From Phoronis australis (Eukaryota; Animalia; Phoronida): a DNA stretch of 64,000 bases. A program made the translations under genes and the position numbers. Below, piece by piece: positions 1 to 11,816 of the stretch. The notes under the pieces are model-generated. The model had not been told where the DNA came from and did no database searches. It saw nothing but the letters and a program-made list of their open reading frames with translations. Location of the stretch: NCBI GenBank assembly GCA_002633005.1, contig NMRA01000674.1, positions 1-64,000 on the forward strand, in the 5' to 3' direction. The number at the start of each line of letters is the position of its first letter. The first letter of the stretch is position 1.

Positions 1-247
1 CTGTCGCGAACGTGAGTTCATTGGCGGACATCTTGGATTGAGGAAAAACGCTCGGGAGGCGAACATAATTTGTCGCATATCTTCTCAAATGTTGTAGATT
101 TCACGAAAAGGTGAGAGTGGAGTGGCGCGCATGATCCATGAGAGTGGGCAATTGTATATTACGACGCTTCATTTTATTTTTTAAGTATTCCTGACAGAAT
201 TTGAAATGGGACTAATTTATCCGACTATTACCATTCAGTACTTACAG

Positions 248-1177
248 TAGGCAATGACCATCGCCTCTGTTGGCCCGAAGCAGAGGCGATGCAGAGGCAA
301 TAAACGCTCTGTACGCCGGAAGGTTTTCGACAAATTATGCCTCGCACCGACTAAACCATCAAAGTCACGTTAGTATAAATACCTTTTGCGCATAGAGGAA
401 CACCTGAGGAGGTTGTCGATGTGTTTAAATCCTTCCAACTCGAACAAATACTCCCATTATCAAACTTTTTCTTCGAGCAGTCCCTATTTCCGTTCCCAAA
501 ATCGTGAACTCACCATTTTTATACTGCGCATGCTCCAATTTTTACCGCGCTCGCTAGGTGATGTGAATTCATGACCTCAATCTTTAAATAGGCCAAAGGT
601 GAGCCATTGCGGTCTTTTCAGTCAAATGTTAGTTTCCAAAATGCCACCACTTATACTTGTCTTTAATTGGCGTTACTTGAAACTGATTGTATTTCAATGA
701 ATCATTGCTTGTATTTGATAAAAATAAATGCTGTTGATATGACATTTAATAGTTTTTGTGCACATATTTGACATTTTAATGTTTAACAACACGGCAAATG
801 CACGGCTGGTTCCCGGCAGCACGTACACGAAGGGCGGGAACTTCAGCTTTCAAAGTTCGCTGGTAGGTCCGCAACTTCTGACCTTAGGCCTGGTTAAAAG
901 AAATGAAAAAGTTGATTTCACGATTTTGGGAACTGAAATAGGGACTGCTCGAAGAAAAAGTTTCATAACGGGAGTATTTGTTCGAGTTGGAAGGAATTAA
1001 ACACATCGACAACCTCATAAGGTGTTCCTCTATGCGCAAAAGGTATTTATAACAACGTGACTTTGATGGTTTAGTCGGTGCGAGGCATAATTCGCCGAAA
1101 AGCTTCCGGCGTACAGAGCGCCTATAGCCTCTGCATCGCCTCTGCTTCGGGCCAACAGAGGCGATGGTCATTGCCTA
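248..1177. mobile_element. Non-autonomous foldback/MITE with ~275-bp TIRs and 9-bp TSD (Mutator-like by TSD length)
   Basis: Starts TAGGCAATGACCATCGCCTCTG and ends with its reverse complement ...GATGGTCATTGCCTA. TACTTACAG flanks both sides (239-247, 1178-1186). ORFs 386..574 and 884..1171 are mirror translations of the two arms. Confidence 0.85.
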
Positions 1178-1190
1178 TACTTACAGTAAT

Positions 1191-1456
1191 ATAGTCGGGA
1201 TACCAATCGTCGTCAGGCTCCAATGGTCGTCCGCCATCTTCTTTCGCATGCAGCGCAGCGATGCGGGACTTAGTGTTCCAATCTGGAGTGCTCGTCTGCA
1301 CGTTAGGTACTAACTCATATAGACATCTTCTATGATGTCTACGGTATAGTCTGCATACCTATCGTCGTCAGGCTCCAATAGCCGTCTGCCATCTTCTTTC
1401 GCGTGCACCGCAGCCACACGGGACTAAGCGTTCCAATCTGGAGTGCTCGTCTGCAT
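1191..1456. repeat. Two direct copies of a ~110-bp CpG-rich unit (~155-bp period)
   Basis: ATCGTCGTCAGGCTCCAAT...GCCATCTTCTTTCGC...TTCCAATCTGGAGTGCTCGTCTGCA occurs near 1191-1300 and 1347-1456. Confidence 0.8.
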
Positions 1457-1459
1457 GCC

Positions 1460-4400
1460 TGGAAGAACTGAGACAAAAATCGGTGCATTTACCGCCTGTT
1501 TTTTGAGACCACTTAAAAACTTGTAGATTTTACTAATCTAATGCACTTTTTGTTCATTTTCAGATGATATTTTCGAAATTAAATTTTCTCCAGACGGAAC
1601 AAAAAACAACCCAGGGATTGTTTATGGAATGTATCTATTTGTCCCAGGCACTAACCGACACCTGTTAGGCCAAAGGACAAACGCAGCAGACAAATGCAAT
1701 ATGCTGGAATCTTAAAGGAGAATGCCACCCAATTTTATTAGTCTTTTTTGCCGTCTTAATCGGTCTATAACCACATCGCCTCACGTGCGGTCTACTTTAC
1801 CTTGCCAAGAGGTGTCGCGTTAACCTGTGAGGAAGGTGAGAAACGACGCTAGCGACGTCAGTGGTTCATATGCATCGTTCCCGCTTGTCCGAACTAAGCA
1901 GCTGCGAGGAAAGCTGGTAGGCCATCTATCGGTTTTTTTTACTTCCTTGAGAGTCCGAAGTGCTTAGGAAGTGGCTCATGGTAGTGAAGAATGAAATGTA
2001 CGCTGTAAATAGCAAGTATGAGGCCGTGAAACATCTCCTTGTCTGTGGCCTGCAGACGTATACAGTGCCTGACGAATGCCGGCTTACCAATAACTCCATA
2101 CACTCCGTTGTCTGAGCTTGTTCACGGCGCCTCTCTAGTATTTCTTTATCACTGTATTCCTGTTCGAATTGATAGCCTGTCAAACTTAACGATCCACCTG
2201 CGAAGTCGGGACTGATGAGCTCTAGCTCGTCCTAAGTCGGGATTGCGAGTTGCCATGTTGGCGTTTATTACTGAGCGTTCTGTTTCAAACTGAATTATTC
2301 TCTCCCTAACCAATACTTATATAAAACTGAAACAAAGTCTGTCTCATTAGATGCAATTTGTAATGCCTTTGGAGTGTTCGTGAGTGCAAATGATTTGAGA
2401 AGCCAGCAATGAATAATTCACTGCGTTACTGGCTTCGGGTGTAATAAAACTAATTGACGGGACACCTAGGCCGTGTGAGCTCATGCTAATTTAGTGTTTG
2501 CTGGCATGAACTGTTGTGAAACAACTCGATTTCCATCCCACGGCCAGGTGTTAGGGGAATCTTTATTTACATTTACATTACTCATGTAATGATTGTCAAT
2601 GTGCAACTTCTGCCCTGACGGTGCTGTGGCCAAAGCAGAACCTGCATGAATTCGCGGCCCCCGACGCGAGTAAGTAGATTTGCAGTTTCGTGGCTAATTC
2701 ACCAACATAATCAAGTGCACATTACTTTGGCTCACTAGTATAGTATTTTCTTGACTGGAACTTTAGTTTCCACTGAACTTTGGCTGGTTTATGTTCGTGA
2801 TGTCTGATCAGTTTCCGAGCCACTGGCGGGGAGTCAATCCGGCCGGCCGCAACGGGCCTTATCGGGCTCCGAGCCACTGGCCAGGCTAACAAGCGTTTTT
2901 TGTTTAGAACTCAAAAAATCACAAGTCTAAACAACACAGATCTAGGTTCTCCTGTCTGTATCTCACAGAAAACACTTCGAAATTATCTCCGAACAGACCT
3001 CATGCCAAACTCCTGCTACGGACATTATTGGTCTGCCGAACTTTGTAGGCTACGGTATGTCCAAATACCAATAAATCCGTAAGAGCGAAATAAAACAACA
3101 CGTTTTTATGAGAACTCGGTGTATTTTTAGGTGTTTTACATCAAAGTTTGATGATTTATTGGTGTTAAACGATGACTTCAAGCGATAAGCAGACACCAGT
3201 AACCCATGTTGTGAACTGCTGAACACACTGCGTGTGAAACCGATGATGTCATTGGATAATTTCAACACCTCTGTCTGCCGTCAGGTAATGCAACCATACG
3301 TGTCATTATGGAGTAGAACTACTCTATCTAAATTGATACAAATTAGGTTGTTTTTTGGGTGGCATGCTCCTTTAACAGTTTCGGCCCACACATTGGTCAT
3401 CAAAATATTGTCCACTTGTTTTTTATTGCAAAATAAAGTACTGAGCTCAACAGTTAAGTTGAAATTTTTGGTTCAGGCATTTTGGATTTGTGTGAAGAAA
3501 ATTAAAATACTTGAATTGATAGAGAGTGGCCACCAATAAAGTAAAACATTGACTTTATTTCACTACATTACATACAACACAGCATGACATAATTAAAAAT
3601 AAATGAAGAGATTGAGCAATAAAATGTTCATGCAACTTGGGTATTTATTAATTTATCTATGATTATAGAAGCCTGTTAAAAGTGAGAAAAAATCAAACAA
3701 TATGATATTGTGTAATTTATTAGAACAACTACATCAAAGTTCAATGATCAACTTCCACCGACCAAGTCTCAAAGGGCTACAGTTCTGTTTTGGCTGACAA
3801 GGTGTTAACAGAGAAGGAAAAAAAACTGAAAAGAAAAAGAAAGACAGCAGAGATAAGTGGTGTTAAGAACAACAAGAGGAAAAAGTCAAATAAAGAGGAC
3901 TCAAATAGTAAATAAGTAAGGTCTATCTGGAATAAAGATAAGCGATTCATTTTCCAGAACTGAAATTCTGAACCAATTTTAATCTATTTAAAAATTGATA
4001 AAATATCAGTAAAACAGTTTGTGGTTGAACTAGAATTGTTGTAAACCACTTTCCACTATTTTCTTGGCCTTTTTCTGTGTGGTTTTCTGTTCTTTCAAAA
4101 GGCGGCAGCATATGACAACCATAGAAGTCATTATAAAATGGCTGCCGAAAAGAAATGCACAGTTGAAACAACTCGGCATAAGTAAAAGAAAATGTTTGAA
4201 TCAACGAATACTATATATTCGTGAAAGTTAAATCAAATCCTATTCAGAGCATAACTTTTAAGTGGAATAATTGGGTGAGTATGACAACAAGCCGATTTTA
4301 TGCTTAGGCGGACGACCATTGGGTTCCTGAGTACACTAACCTCTTGGAGAAACACGCATGGAAGAAGTGAGACTAAAATCGATGCATTTACCGACTGGTT

Positions 4401-5545
4401 TTTGAGACCACTTAAAAACTTGTAGATTTTACTAATGCACTTTTTTGTTCATTTTCAGAAGATATTTTTGAAATTAAATTTTCTTCAGACGGAACAAAAA
4501 AACAACCCAGGGATTGTTTATGCAATGTATCTATTCTAACCGACACGTACCTGTTAGGCCAAAGGAAAAACACAGCAGACAAATGCAACGCGTTGGGTGC
4601 TTAACAGTTTCAGCCCACGCAATGGTCATCAAAATATTGTCCACTTGTTTTTTATTGCAAAATACAGTACTGAGCTCAACATTTATGTTGAAGTTTTTGG
4701 TTCAGGCATTTTGGATTTATTTGAAGAAAACTAAAACACTTGAATTGATAGATAGTGGCCACCAATAAAGTAAATCATTTTGTCTTTATTTCACAATATT
4801 GCATTGTTACATACAACACAGCATGACATAATTAAAAATAAAAGAAGAGATTAAGCACTAAAATGCTCATGCATCTTGGGTATTTATTTATTAATTTATG
4901 ATTACAGAAGTCTGTAAAACGTGAGAAAAATCAAACAATATGATATTGGGTAATTTATTAGAACAACTGCATCGAGGTTCAATGATCAACTTCCGCCGAC
5001 CAAGTCTCAATACGTTACTGTTCTTTTATGGCTGACAAGGTGTTAACAGAGAATGAAGAAAAACTGAAAAGACAGACACTAGAGATAAGTGGTATTAAGA
5101 ACAATGAGAGCAAAAAGTCGAATAAAGAGATCACAAATAGAAAATAAGTAAGGTCTATCTGGAATAAAACAATCGCGATTTATTTTCCAGATCTGAAATT
5201 TTGATATCGTACCAGTAAGACAGTTTGTGGTTGAACTAGTCTGCTTGTAAACTACTTTCCACTATTTTCTTGGCTTTTTTCTGCGTGGATTCCTGTTCTT
5301 TCAAAAGACGGCAGCATATGATGACCATAGGAGTCATTATAAAATGGCGCCCGAAAAGCAATGCACAGCTGAAACAACTCGGCATAAGTAAAAGAAAACT
5401 TTTGAATCAACGAATACTATGTACTTGAGAGAGTTAAACCAAATCTTATGCAGAGTATAACTTTGAAGTGGAATAATCGGGTGATTATGACAACATGCCA
5501 GGTTTATGCTTAGGTGGACGACAATGGGGTTCCCGAGTGTACGTA
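1460..5545. repeat. Tandem ~1.2-kb duplication; the first unit is interrupted by a Kolobok insertion
   Basis: 1460-1715 plus 3376-4345 aligns with 4357-5545. The second unit has a single TTAA (4601-4604) where the first carries the 1716-3371 insertion. Confidence 0.85.
1716..3371 (+). mobile_element. Kolobok-type non-autonomous DNA transposon, copy 1
   Basis: TTAA at 1712-1715 and 3372-3375; TIR AGGAGAATGCCACCC / GGGTGGCATGCTCCT; empty site at 4601. Decayed THAP N-terminus on + (~1870-2090) and GYQFEQEYSDKEILE fragment on - (~2100-2180). Confidence 0.88.
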
Positions 5546-5644
5546 CTACTACTAGTACAACTAGTACTAGGTAATTATATCGCCCTGGATGCCTCAGCAG
5601 ATACAGGGGCGATAGTAAATCCCCATAAAAAGTTACGCATTTCA

Positions 5645-6195
5645 AAATAGAGCCAGTAAAATCGAATGAAACATGCATAAATGCACATGGAGAGTTATGA
5701 TTAACACATACCATGACTCTGAATACAATTTAGTCAACATAACTTGAACTTATCCATGAAAATCTGTTGCGCTTCGCGTGAGTTTCTCCTATCGGCGGGC
5801 CATTTTGAGGAAATTACTAGAAATCATGCCTGTTGACGAACAAAAAGTCCAAGGGACACAAAACTCACAAATTCCACCTGATATCTTCCCATGCTATTTT
5901 GCAAGTGTCACGTGCCAGGTCATGCGCTTCGCTCAGTCTCGCGCTAGCCTTAGCCCAACTCGGGTGACTCAGCGGAAATATTTTGTGGTTTTCACCTGCG
6001 CGGTGAAAAAGTTAACAGTGACCAAAAGTGGAGTTGTAATTCTTCTCTAAAGTCACCTTAATTCTAGTAGACATGCTTCATCGAAGATATGTGTACTAAG
6101 CAGAAAGGACCACTGAAGAAAGTAAGCTCATTTGATAGTTTTGCGTGTAGAATGTATTTTTGACGAGGTGAAAACTCTTAATCGGTTACCGGATT
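5645..6195 (+). repeat. Dispersed repeat; inverted partner of 8705-9665
   Basis: For example ACACATACCATGACTCTG and GGTGAAAAAGTTAACAGTGACCAAAAGTGGAGTTGTAATTCTTC have reverse-complement matches near 9625 and 8860. Confidence 0.75.
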
Positions 6196-6589
6196 TGGCC
6201 TACCGCATGTTTAAAATACATGGGACGAAATGCGTACAGAAAGCGATGGGAAGTATTGTAGCCCCTAACCAGCCAACCGAGGGGCTATGTGTTGCCTATT
6301 CTAGTACTTGCCCACTTTGGTGGTGCTGCAAAAATTATTGTTGTTTAGGACACGACGCCTCATTTTAGCATCAATTTTAACAAACGTGAAAGTATGCGGG
6401 TTCCACACATGCAGAACCATTGTAGTTGGGACATAATGCCTCATTTTCAAGTATAATAGCGAATTCGTGCAAGTCGTGAATCATCTAGTTTCTGCTCCTG
6501 CGAGGTCGCACAACATCTAGCGTTGAAGTTTCCAGTGTTCTTCCGCTTACGATTATCAAAGGAGTACATGGACACGTAGCTGTTCATAA

Positions 6590-6832
6590 AGCGAGACCAA
6601 ACAGTGAGTTGAGAGTTTGTTTTCAAAAATGATACTTAAAACAGCATATTTTACTAATGCACTTTTCTGAGTATTTTCAAAACATTTGTTTGTAACCATC
6701 TAAAGTTCAGGTTTGATATAAAATGCAATCCAAGGGTTGCTTAAGCAATGTATCAAAATATCCCAGGGTCGACCAAAACTTGTAAGGCCAAAGGAACAAA
6801 GCACAGAGAGATACTTCATGCTGGGTCCTTAA
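6590..6832 (+). mobile_element. Terminal fragment of another TTAA-ended DNA transposon family (related ends at ~1460-1715 and ~4357-4604)
   Basis: Shared TTTTACTAATGCACTTTT...AGGCCAAAGGA...TGCTGGGTCC-TTAA terminus. Confidence 0.55.
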
Positions 6833-8109
6833 GGTTATCTCCAACCTTATTTAGTGGCCTCCATTCTAACTCGGATATCAAAAAAACTAAGCTTTGTAAA
6901 CTTGTAAAAGTATATATTTTCTGAAAGAACAAACACCAGGAAATATAAATATACTTTTTGTATTTGTGTGCCGTTATTATTTTTACGTAAAAACCTTTTT
7001 TTCAGTCGAAATTTCATTTCATTTTTAAAAAAGGTACATTCATAGCAAAATAACATTTTTTAAATGAAAACTTCACCAAATACCTCAAAAATGCTGTTAG
7101 GAATTTTTTATTAGTCTGTCTGTTTGGTTTCTATGACAAATCAACTCGCAAAAGGTAAGGTATTTTTTGTTTGGAAAGTTTCAGCGAAATCCATCAAGCC
7201 GTTTTCGAGATCTAGTATTCCTAATTTCAAATAAAGTCGATTTGCCGAAGCCGCGAAAAAGCCGATTAAACTGGGACAAGTGAAAATCTCAAAGTCTTTG
7301 GTTAATTATTTGGTAAAAACTTGTTTTCGGTATACAACCTATACAATCCGTTAGCTATTTCAACGTTCACTAGCAATGTCAACTGATTTTGCAGTGCGTA
7401 ACTAACTTAATTATCATTAAAACCTCAAATAGACGTATTGTTCCCAGCCAACTTTTACTGTTGTTTACGCCCTACTTTCTAAGTAGGTCAATGTTCATAG
7501 CCTGTATATGAGACTGATACAAAACCAAGTAAGAAATGGATTACAAAAATCGAATCGGTGGTTAAAGCGTGTCGTTAGCATGAGATCGAAACATCAAAAT
7601 GTCAACTTATTAATTGAATTAAGGAATTAGGGTGAAGATTTATCTCTTTTCACAACTTTCTGTGTTCATGACTACGGAGGTCTGAAGCGACTCGTAGCAT
7701 TCGTTTTCAACGGCATCGGTCGTATGCATGTAGACGCACAACTCCCTTAGGATCAAAACTACGTTTTGTCTTCGTTTTTCCCAGCACTATTCTATCATAA
7801 GTACACTTTGTTGGCTCAATGTTATGGCGACTTTGTGAATGAAAGGACTGAGGGTATATTAAGCTGTTCTGTACCTGGCGGGAGATTCAATTTAATTGAA
7901 AGCACTTGACCTTTGACTTTAGATAAGTAGTAAACAAATATCCACGCGATTGTGCTGTTCCAAGGTGGTTCTGCTAAATCTTTTTTTCTCGCTACACAGT
8001 ACATATTTAGTATTTGAAGTTCATTGAGAATGAAGATAAGGGATTTTGCTAGACACAAGTGAAATATTGTAAAAATGGCCAATTTTTGTGAATAAGGTTG
8101 GAGATAACC
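6833..8109. mobile_element. TTAA-flanked non-autonomous element (Kolobok-like GG..CC termini)
   Basis: Perfect 19-bp TIR GGTTATCTCCAACCTTATT / AATAAGGTTGGAGATAACC; TTAA at 6829-6832 and 8110-8113. Confidence 0.85.
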
Positions 8110-8339
8110 TTAACGTTGTTTAAAGTATACTAACTCGCTAAAGACGTTCTGTACACATTTATGCCATCCGAAACTAAAAATGTACACTTTTCCACTTGTT
8201 GATGCAGAAACATGGCAAGAACACACAATGCAAGGAAATAGGAGCGCACAATAAGAATGAAACAGTTCAAAAAATGTATTTATTACAGAAGCCTGTAAAA
8301 ACCAACACAGAAAGCTGAGACAGTATGATGTATCTTCCA

Positions 8340-8690
8340 AGATAGTGGTAGTTTTTTTTGTTTTGCGCCCATAGCTGTTTCTCCAAAATCCACTGCAGGA
8401 TCTTTATTCAATTTATTAAGTGAATTTATATGAAGATAACAGACGAAGACTTTCAGGCGGATGGAACGGACACTGTGCCCACAAGTGGCAATTTCATTTT
8501 GTTCTGTTTTCCTTTGTTTCTCTAAAGTTCCTTGACAGATTTTTATGAAATATGGCATGTTCCCATGTTTGGATGGATTGTACTTTTTGCGCCATCTAGT
8601 GGCCATTTTTATGATAAAATAAATAACCCTAAAAGCACACCATTTGCGATGCATTCGTGGGCGCATTGCAACACTCCACGTTGCTCTTGT
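8340..8690 (+). mobile_element. 3' fragment of Helentron-associated (HINE/DINE-1-like) element
   Basis: Core repeats with GCGCCATCTAGTGG and the 3' end TCGTGGGCGCATT...TTGCTCTTGT shared with 13100-13138. Confidence 0.7.
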
Positions 8691-8704
8691 ATTAATTTCG
8701 TCCG

Positions 8705-9665
8705 TGAAATCCACTCACCAATTAAGAGTTTTCACCTCTTCAAAAATACATTCTCCACTTAAAACTATCACTTAAAAAGCGCTTACTTTCTTCATTGATC
8801 CTTCTACACATAACTTTGATGAAGGATTAGCTACGAACGAGTATTAAGGGGATTTTGGCGAAGAATTACAACTCCACTTTTTGGTCACTTTTAACTTTTT
8901 CACCGCGCGCGTGATAACCACAAAGTATTTCAACTGAGTCACGTGAGCTAGGCAAAGGCTAGCACGAGACTGAGCAAAGTGCGAGCAGGCCTTTATGCAG
9001 CGTACGTCCTGGGCGTCCAAATGGACGCCCTAGCACTAATATGGACGCCCTGGCAAGGACGCCCAATGTACCATTTGGACGCCCACTGTCAATAGGAACC
9101 TTTCAAGTTTGGACACACACATTGTAATGACTACTAAAAAGCCTCTGAAGGCTGACAGTAGTGGCTCTTTTTTCAAAGCAGGAAGACATATACAATGTAT
9201 ATAAAAAGTATGTACAATGTTGCTATGCTCACACTTGGTTGATAGCATGGGAAAGTCTTGGTCTACATAGTTTTTTTTAGTAAATCTGTGTGTTTGGGGA
9301 GATTGCTGGGGGTGGGGGTAATGTGTCGGAATCATGGACGCCCTGGAATATTGGGAACCCCATTTTGGACACCCTATTTTCGAAATCCTGGATAAAGGCC
9401 TGAGTGCGAGACCTGGCGCGACACTTGCAAAATATTATGATGTCTATGATGAGAAGATATCAGGTGAAATTTGTTCCAGATTTGTGTCCCTTGGACTTTT
9501 TGTTCTTCACAAGGTGTGATTTCACGTAATTTCCTCAATATAGCACCCGGTGAGAGAAACTCGAGCGAACCGCAGCAGATTTTCATGGTTATGTTCAAGC
9601 TATGTTGACTAAATTGTATGCAGAGTCATGGTATGTGTGATTCATTCGATTTTATTTGCTGTATT
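8705..9665 (-). repeat. Inverted partner of 5645-6195, split by a hAT MITE
   Basis: Reverse-complement similarity on both sides of the 8986-9402 insertion. Confidence 0.75.
8986..9402. mobile_element. hAT-type MITE
   Basis: TIR CAGGCCTTTAT(G/C)CAG; 8-bp TSD AGTGCGAG (8978-8985, 9403-9410); internal TGGACGCCC subrepeats; absent from the paralogous site near 5920. Confidence 0.88.
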
Positions 9666-9884
9666 TTGGCAGTTAAACCTGTATATAATATTAGACCTCT
9701 GCAGTACTGACAAAGGATGTTTAATTTGAAGGCATTGATAACCATTGACAACAATCAGTTCATTTACTGTTTGCGATGCACATGGTGGACATATATCAAC
9801 ACTCGTCTTTGCTTAAAGATGCTGGCAACTCCCAAAAATATTGATACTTTCTTTAATATGTGACATTAATTTGTGTTGAAGGCA

Positions 9885-10064
9885 ATGCCTATCAGGTACA
9901 TAGGAAGGAAGAGTACGTACCGAGGCAGAACTCTCTTCGATATACTTCTTCGACTGAGAAACTTTGGAGTAGGACGGGTAGTAATCCGCGACACATATGT
10001 CAAGCGATATCCAGAGCCATCCTATTATGTCATCAATAGGGTAGTAGCAGACATGTCAGACCCA
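9885..10064 (+). CDS. MRPS34: Mitochondrial ribosomal protein S34 (mS34), coding exon 1
   Basis: MPIRYIGRKSTYRGRTLFDILLRLRNFGVGRVVIRDTYVKRYPEPSYYVINRV matches the mS34 N-terminal pattern (L..L..FGVGR.V.R...Y.EP.Y..I.RV). Phase-0 donor GTGAGT at 10065. Confidence 0.9.
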
Positions 10065-10139
10065 GTGAGTATGGTAGTATGGTAGAACAGTAAAAACTTT
10101 TCAATTTGTAATTGCTTAAAATTGTCATTTTTATGCCTA

Positions 10140-11420
10140 GATGTACATATGCAGTGTCTTCGTGAGATTTGGCAGATATGTTCTTAAGAAGCTGAAAAGA
10201 AGTGACGGCGAATATTGGACCAGTCAGATTACTGCTGTGTGGCCTTGTGGTAGTTTTGAACATTTTCCCTTGTATCTTCAATGTTCTGTGACGGATTTTC
10301 ATGAAATTGGCAAATTGGTTTTTATTAAGGAGACTTCTGCATCTTCCCTTTTTCAGATTTTTTATAATCTTCGCCTCTGTTTTTTGGACTTTGCCTATCT
10401 GTCCCCTAAACTACTAGAAAGATCATTATGAAAAATGATGGATGGGTTACCCATGCCAAACGACATATGGAGGTCGCAAAGCATTGTTTAATTTGCGAGA
10501 TCCATGCGACAGGCGTAAGTGGGTCGCATGATTATCGCCTATGGGACACTTCCATTGTTTTCCTTTGTTGCATCTTTGTTGGACATAACACTACAGATCG
10601 CATGAATATCATACCTTTGGCGCACATCACCCCGTTACCGATAAATGCTTGCCATGATGTTTATTATAAGAAAGAAAAACAAAGTGAACAATGGGTACAC
10701 CGATCTATCAATCGATAACTATGCAATGAACTTGCCACCTAGTTTTCCGTGGGTAATCTGCTGAGAAAACCAAACCTGGCATTGATTTTCAGATGGGTCC
10801 AACTATTGTAGTATCTACGTCTGTATCTCCTTAACCCCATACAAGATCTTTATGAAATTCGGAACGCTTTTCTATCAATGTGGCAACTTATGATGACTAC
10901 TGCTCTGCCCCCTAGTGACAGTTTTAGTTTTTATACTTGCTCTGTCTGTTCTTCAAAGTTCCTTGATGAACTTTCATGAAATTTGGCAAATAAGTTTCAG
11001 TAAACAACAACTTTCCATTTTTGCAGGGGTCTGACTACTGTAGTGCCCTTTAATGACAATTTGTTTTGCATCTGTGGCTGTATTTCCAAAACCCTTTTTA
11101 GGATCTTTGTGAAATTTGGCAAGTGTACTCCTATGTATGTGATAATGTACGATGACTTCTTTTGGACAGAGCCCATTACGGTAATACTGTGTCTTATTTT
11201 TCATGTTTGCCTTTGTACCTTCACAATTCCTTGATGGATTTTCATGAAATTTAATTATTCATAAGTTCTTATTGCGAAGACGACAATGCCTTTCCATTTT
11301 GAATGCAGTCAACATATTGTGCGCCATCTAGTGGTCATTTTTATGACATTAATTAGCACTTGAGGAAGCATACCGTTTGCTGTGCAGTCTTGGACTCATT
11401 TCAATGCTTTACGTTTCTGT
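10140..11420 (+). mobile_element. Degenerate HINE-like element in the MRPS34 intron
   Basis: Recurrent GATTTTCATGAAATTTGG, TGTATCTCC and CC.CTAGTG core-repeat motifs; 3' end resembles 13080-13138. Confidence 0.6.
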
Positions 11421-11816
11421 CATTTTATTTTACAGAGGTTGACTACCCCACTGCTAGCCTCATTAAAACCGTCAAGCACACACTCGGCTTTGTTTCAACT
11501 AAATACACACTTTTCTGACTGACGTCCTTACTTGGAATCTCACCAAACTTGTCTGCCTTTTTGTTGTTTACTTTCTAATTTTAAAAAGGCTGTAGAGAAT
11601 ACACAATACTTCGTTTGTTATTTTGTAATCGTTTCGCAGCTGGTCAATTAATTACAAACTTTAAGTATAACTACAAGCTCTAAGTGTAAGTAAAAGACAT
11701 CATTACAGTCCGTCGGACAAAGTTTGCATCAGTTGATATGTCCAGCTATAGTCTGTACAGTCAAGTTCAACTAGAGTACTTCTGTTTCTGCTTGTGCCTA
11801 ATTTTGGGGGTGTTCA

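Noticed and set aside
2205-2260. CTGATGAG, possible hammerhead ribozyme core
   Set aside because: No correctly placed GAAA or stem III; it lies in the Kolobok accessory-ORF antisense and is not conserved in copy 2.
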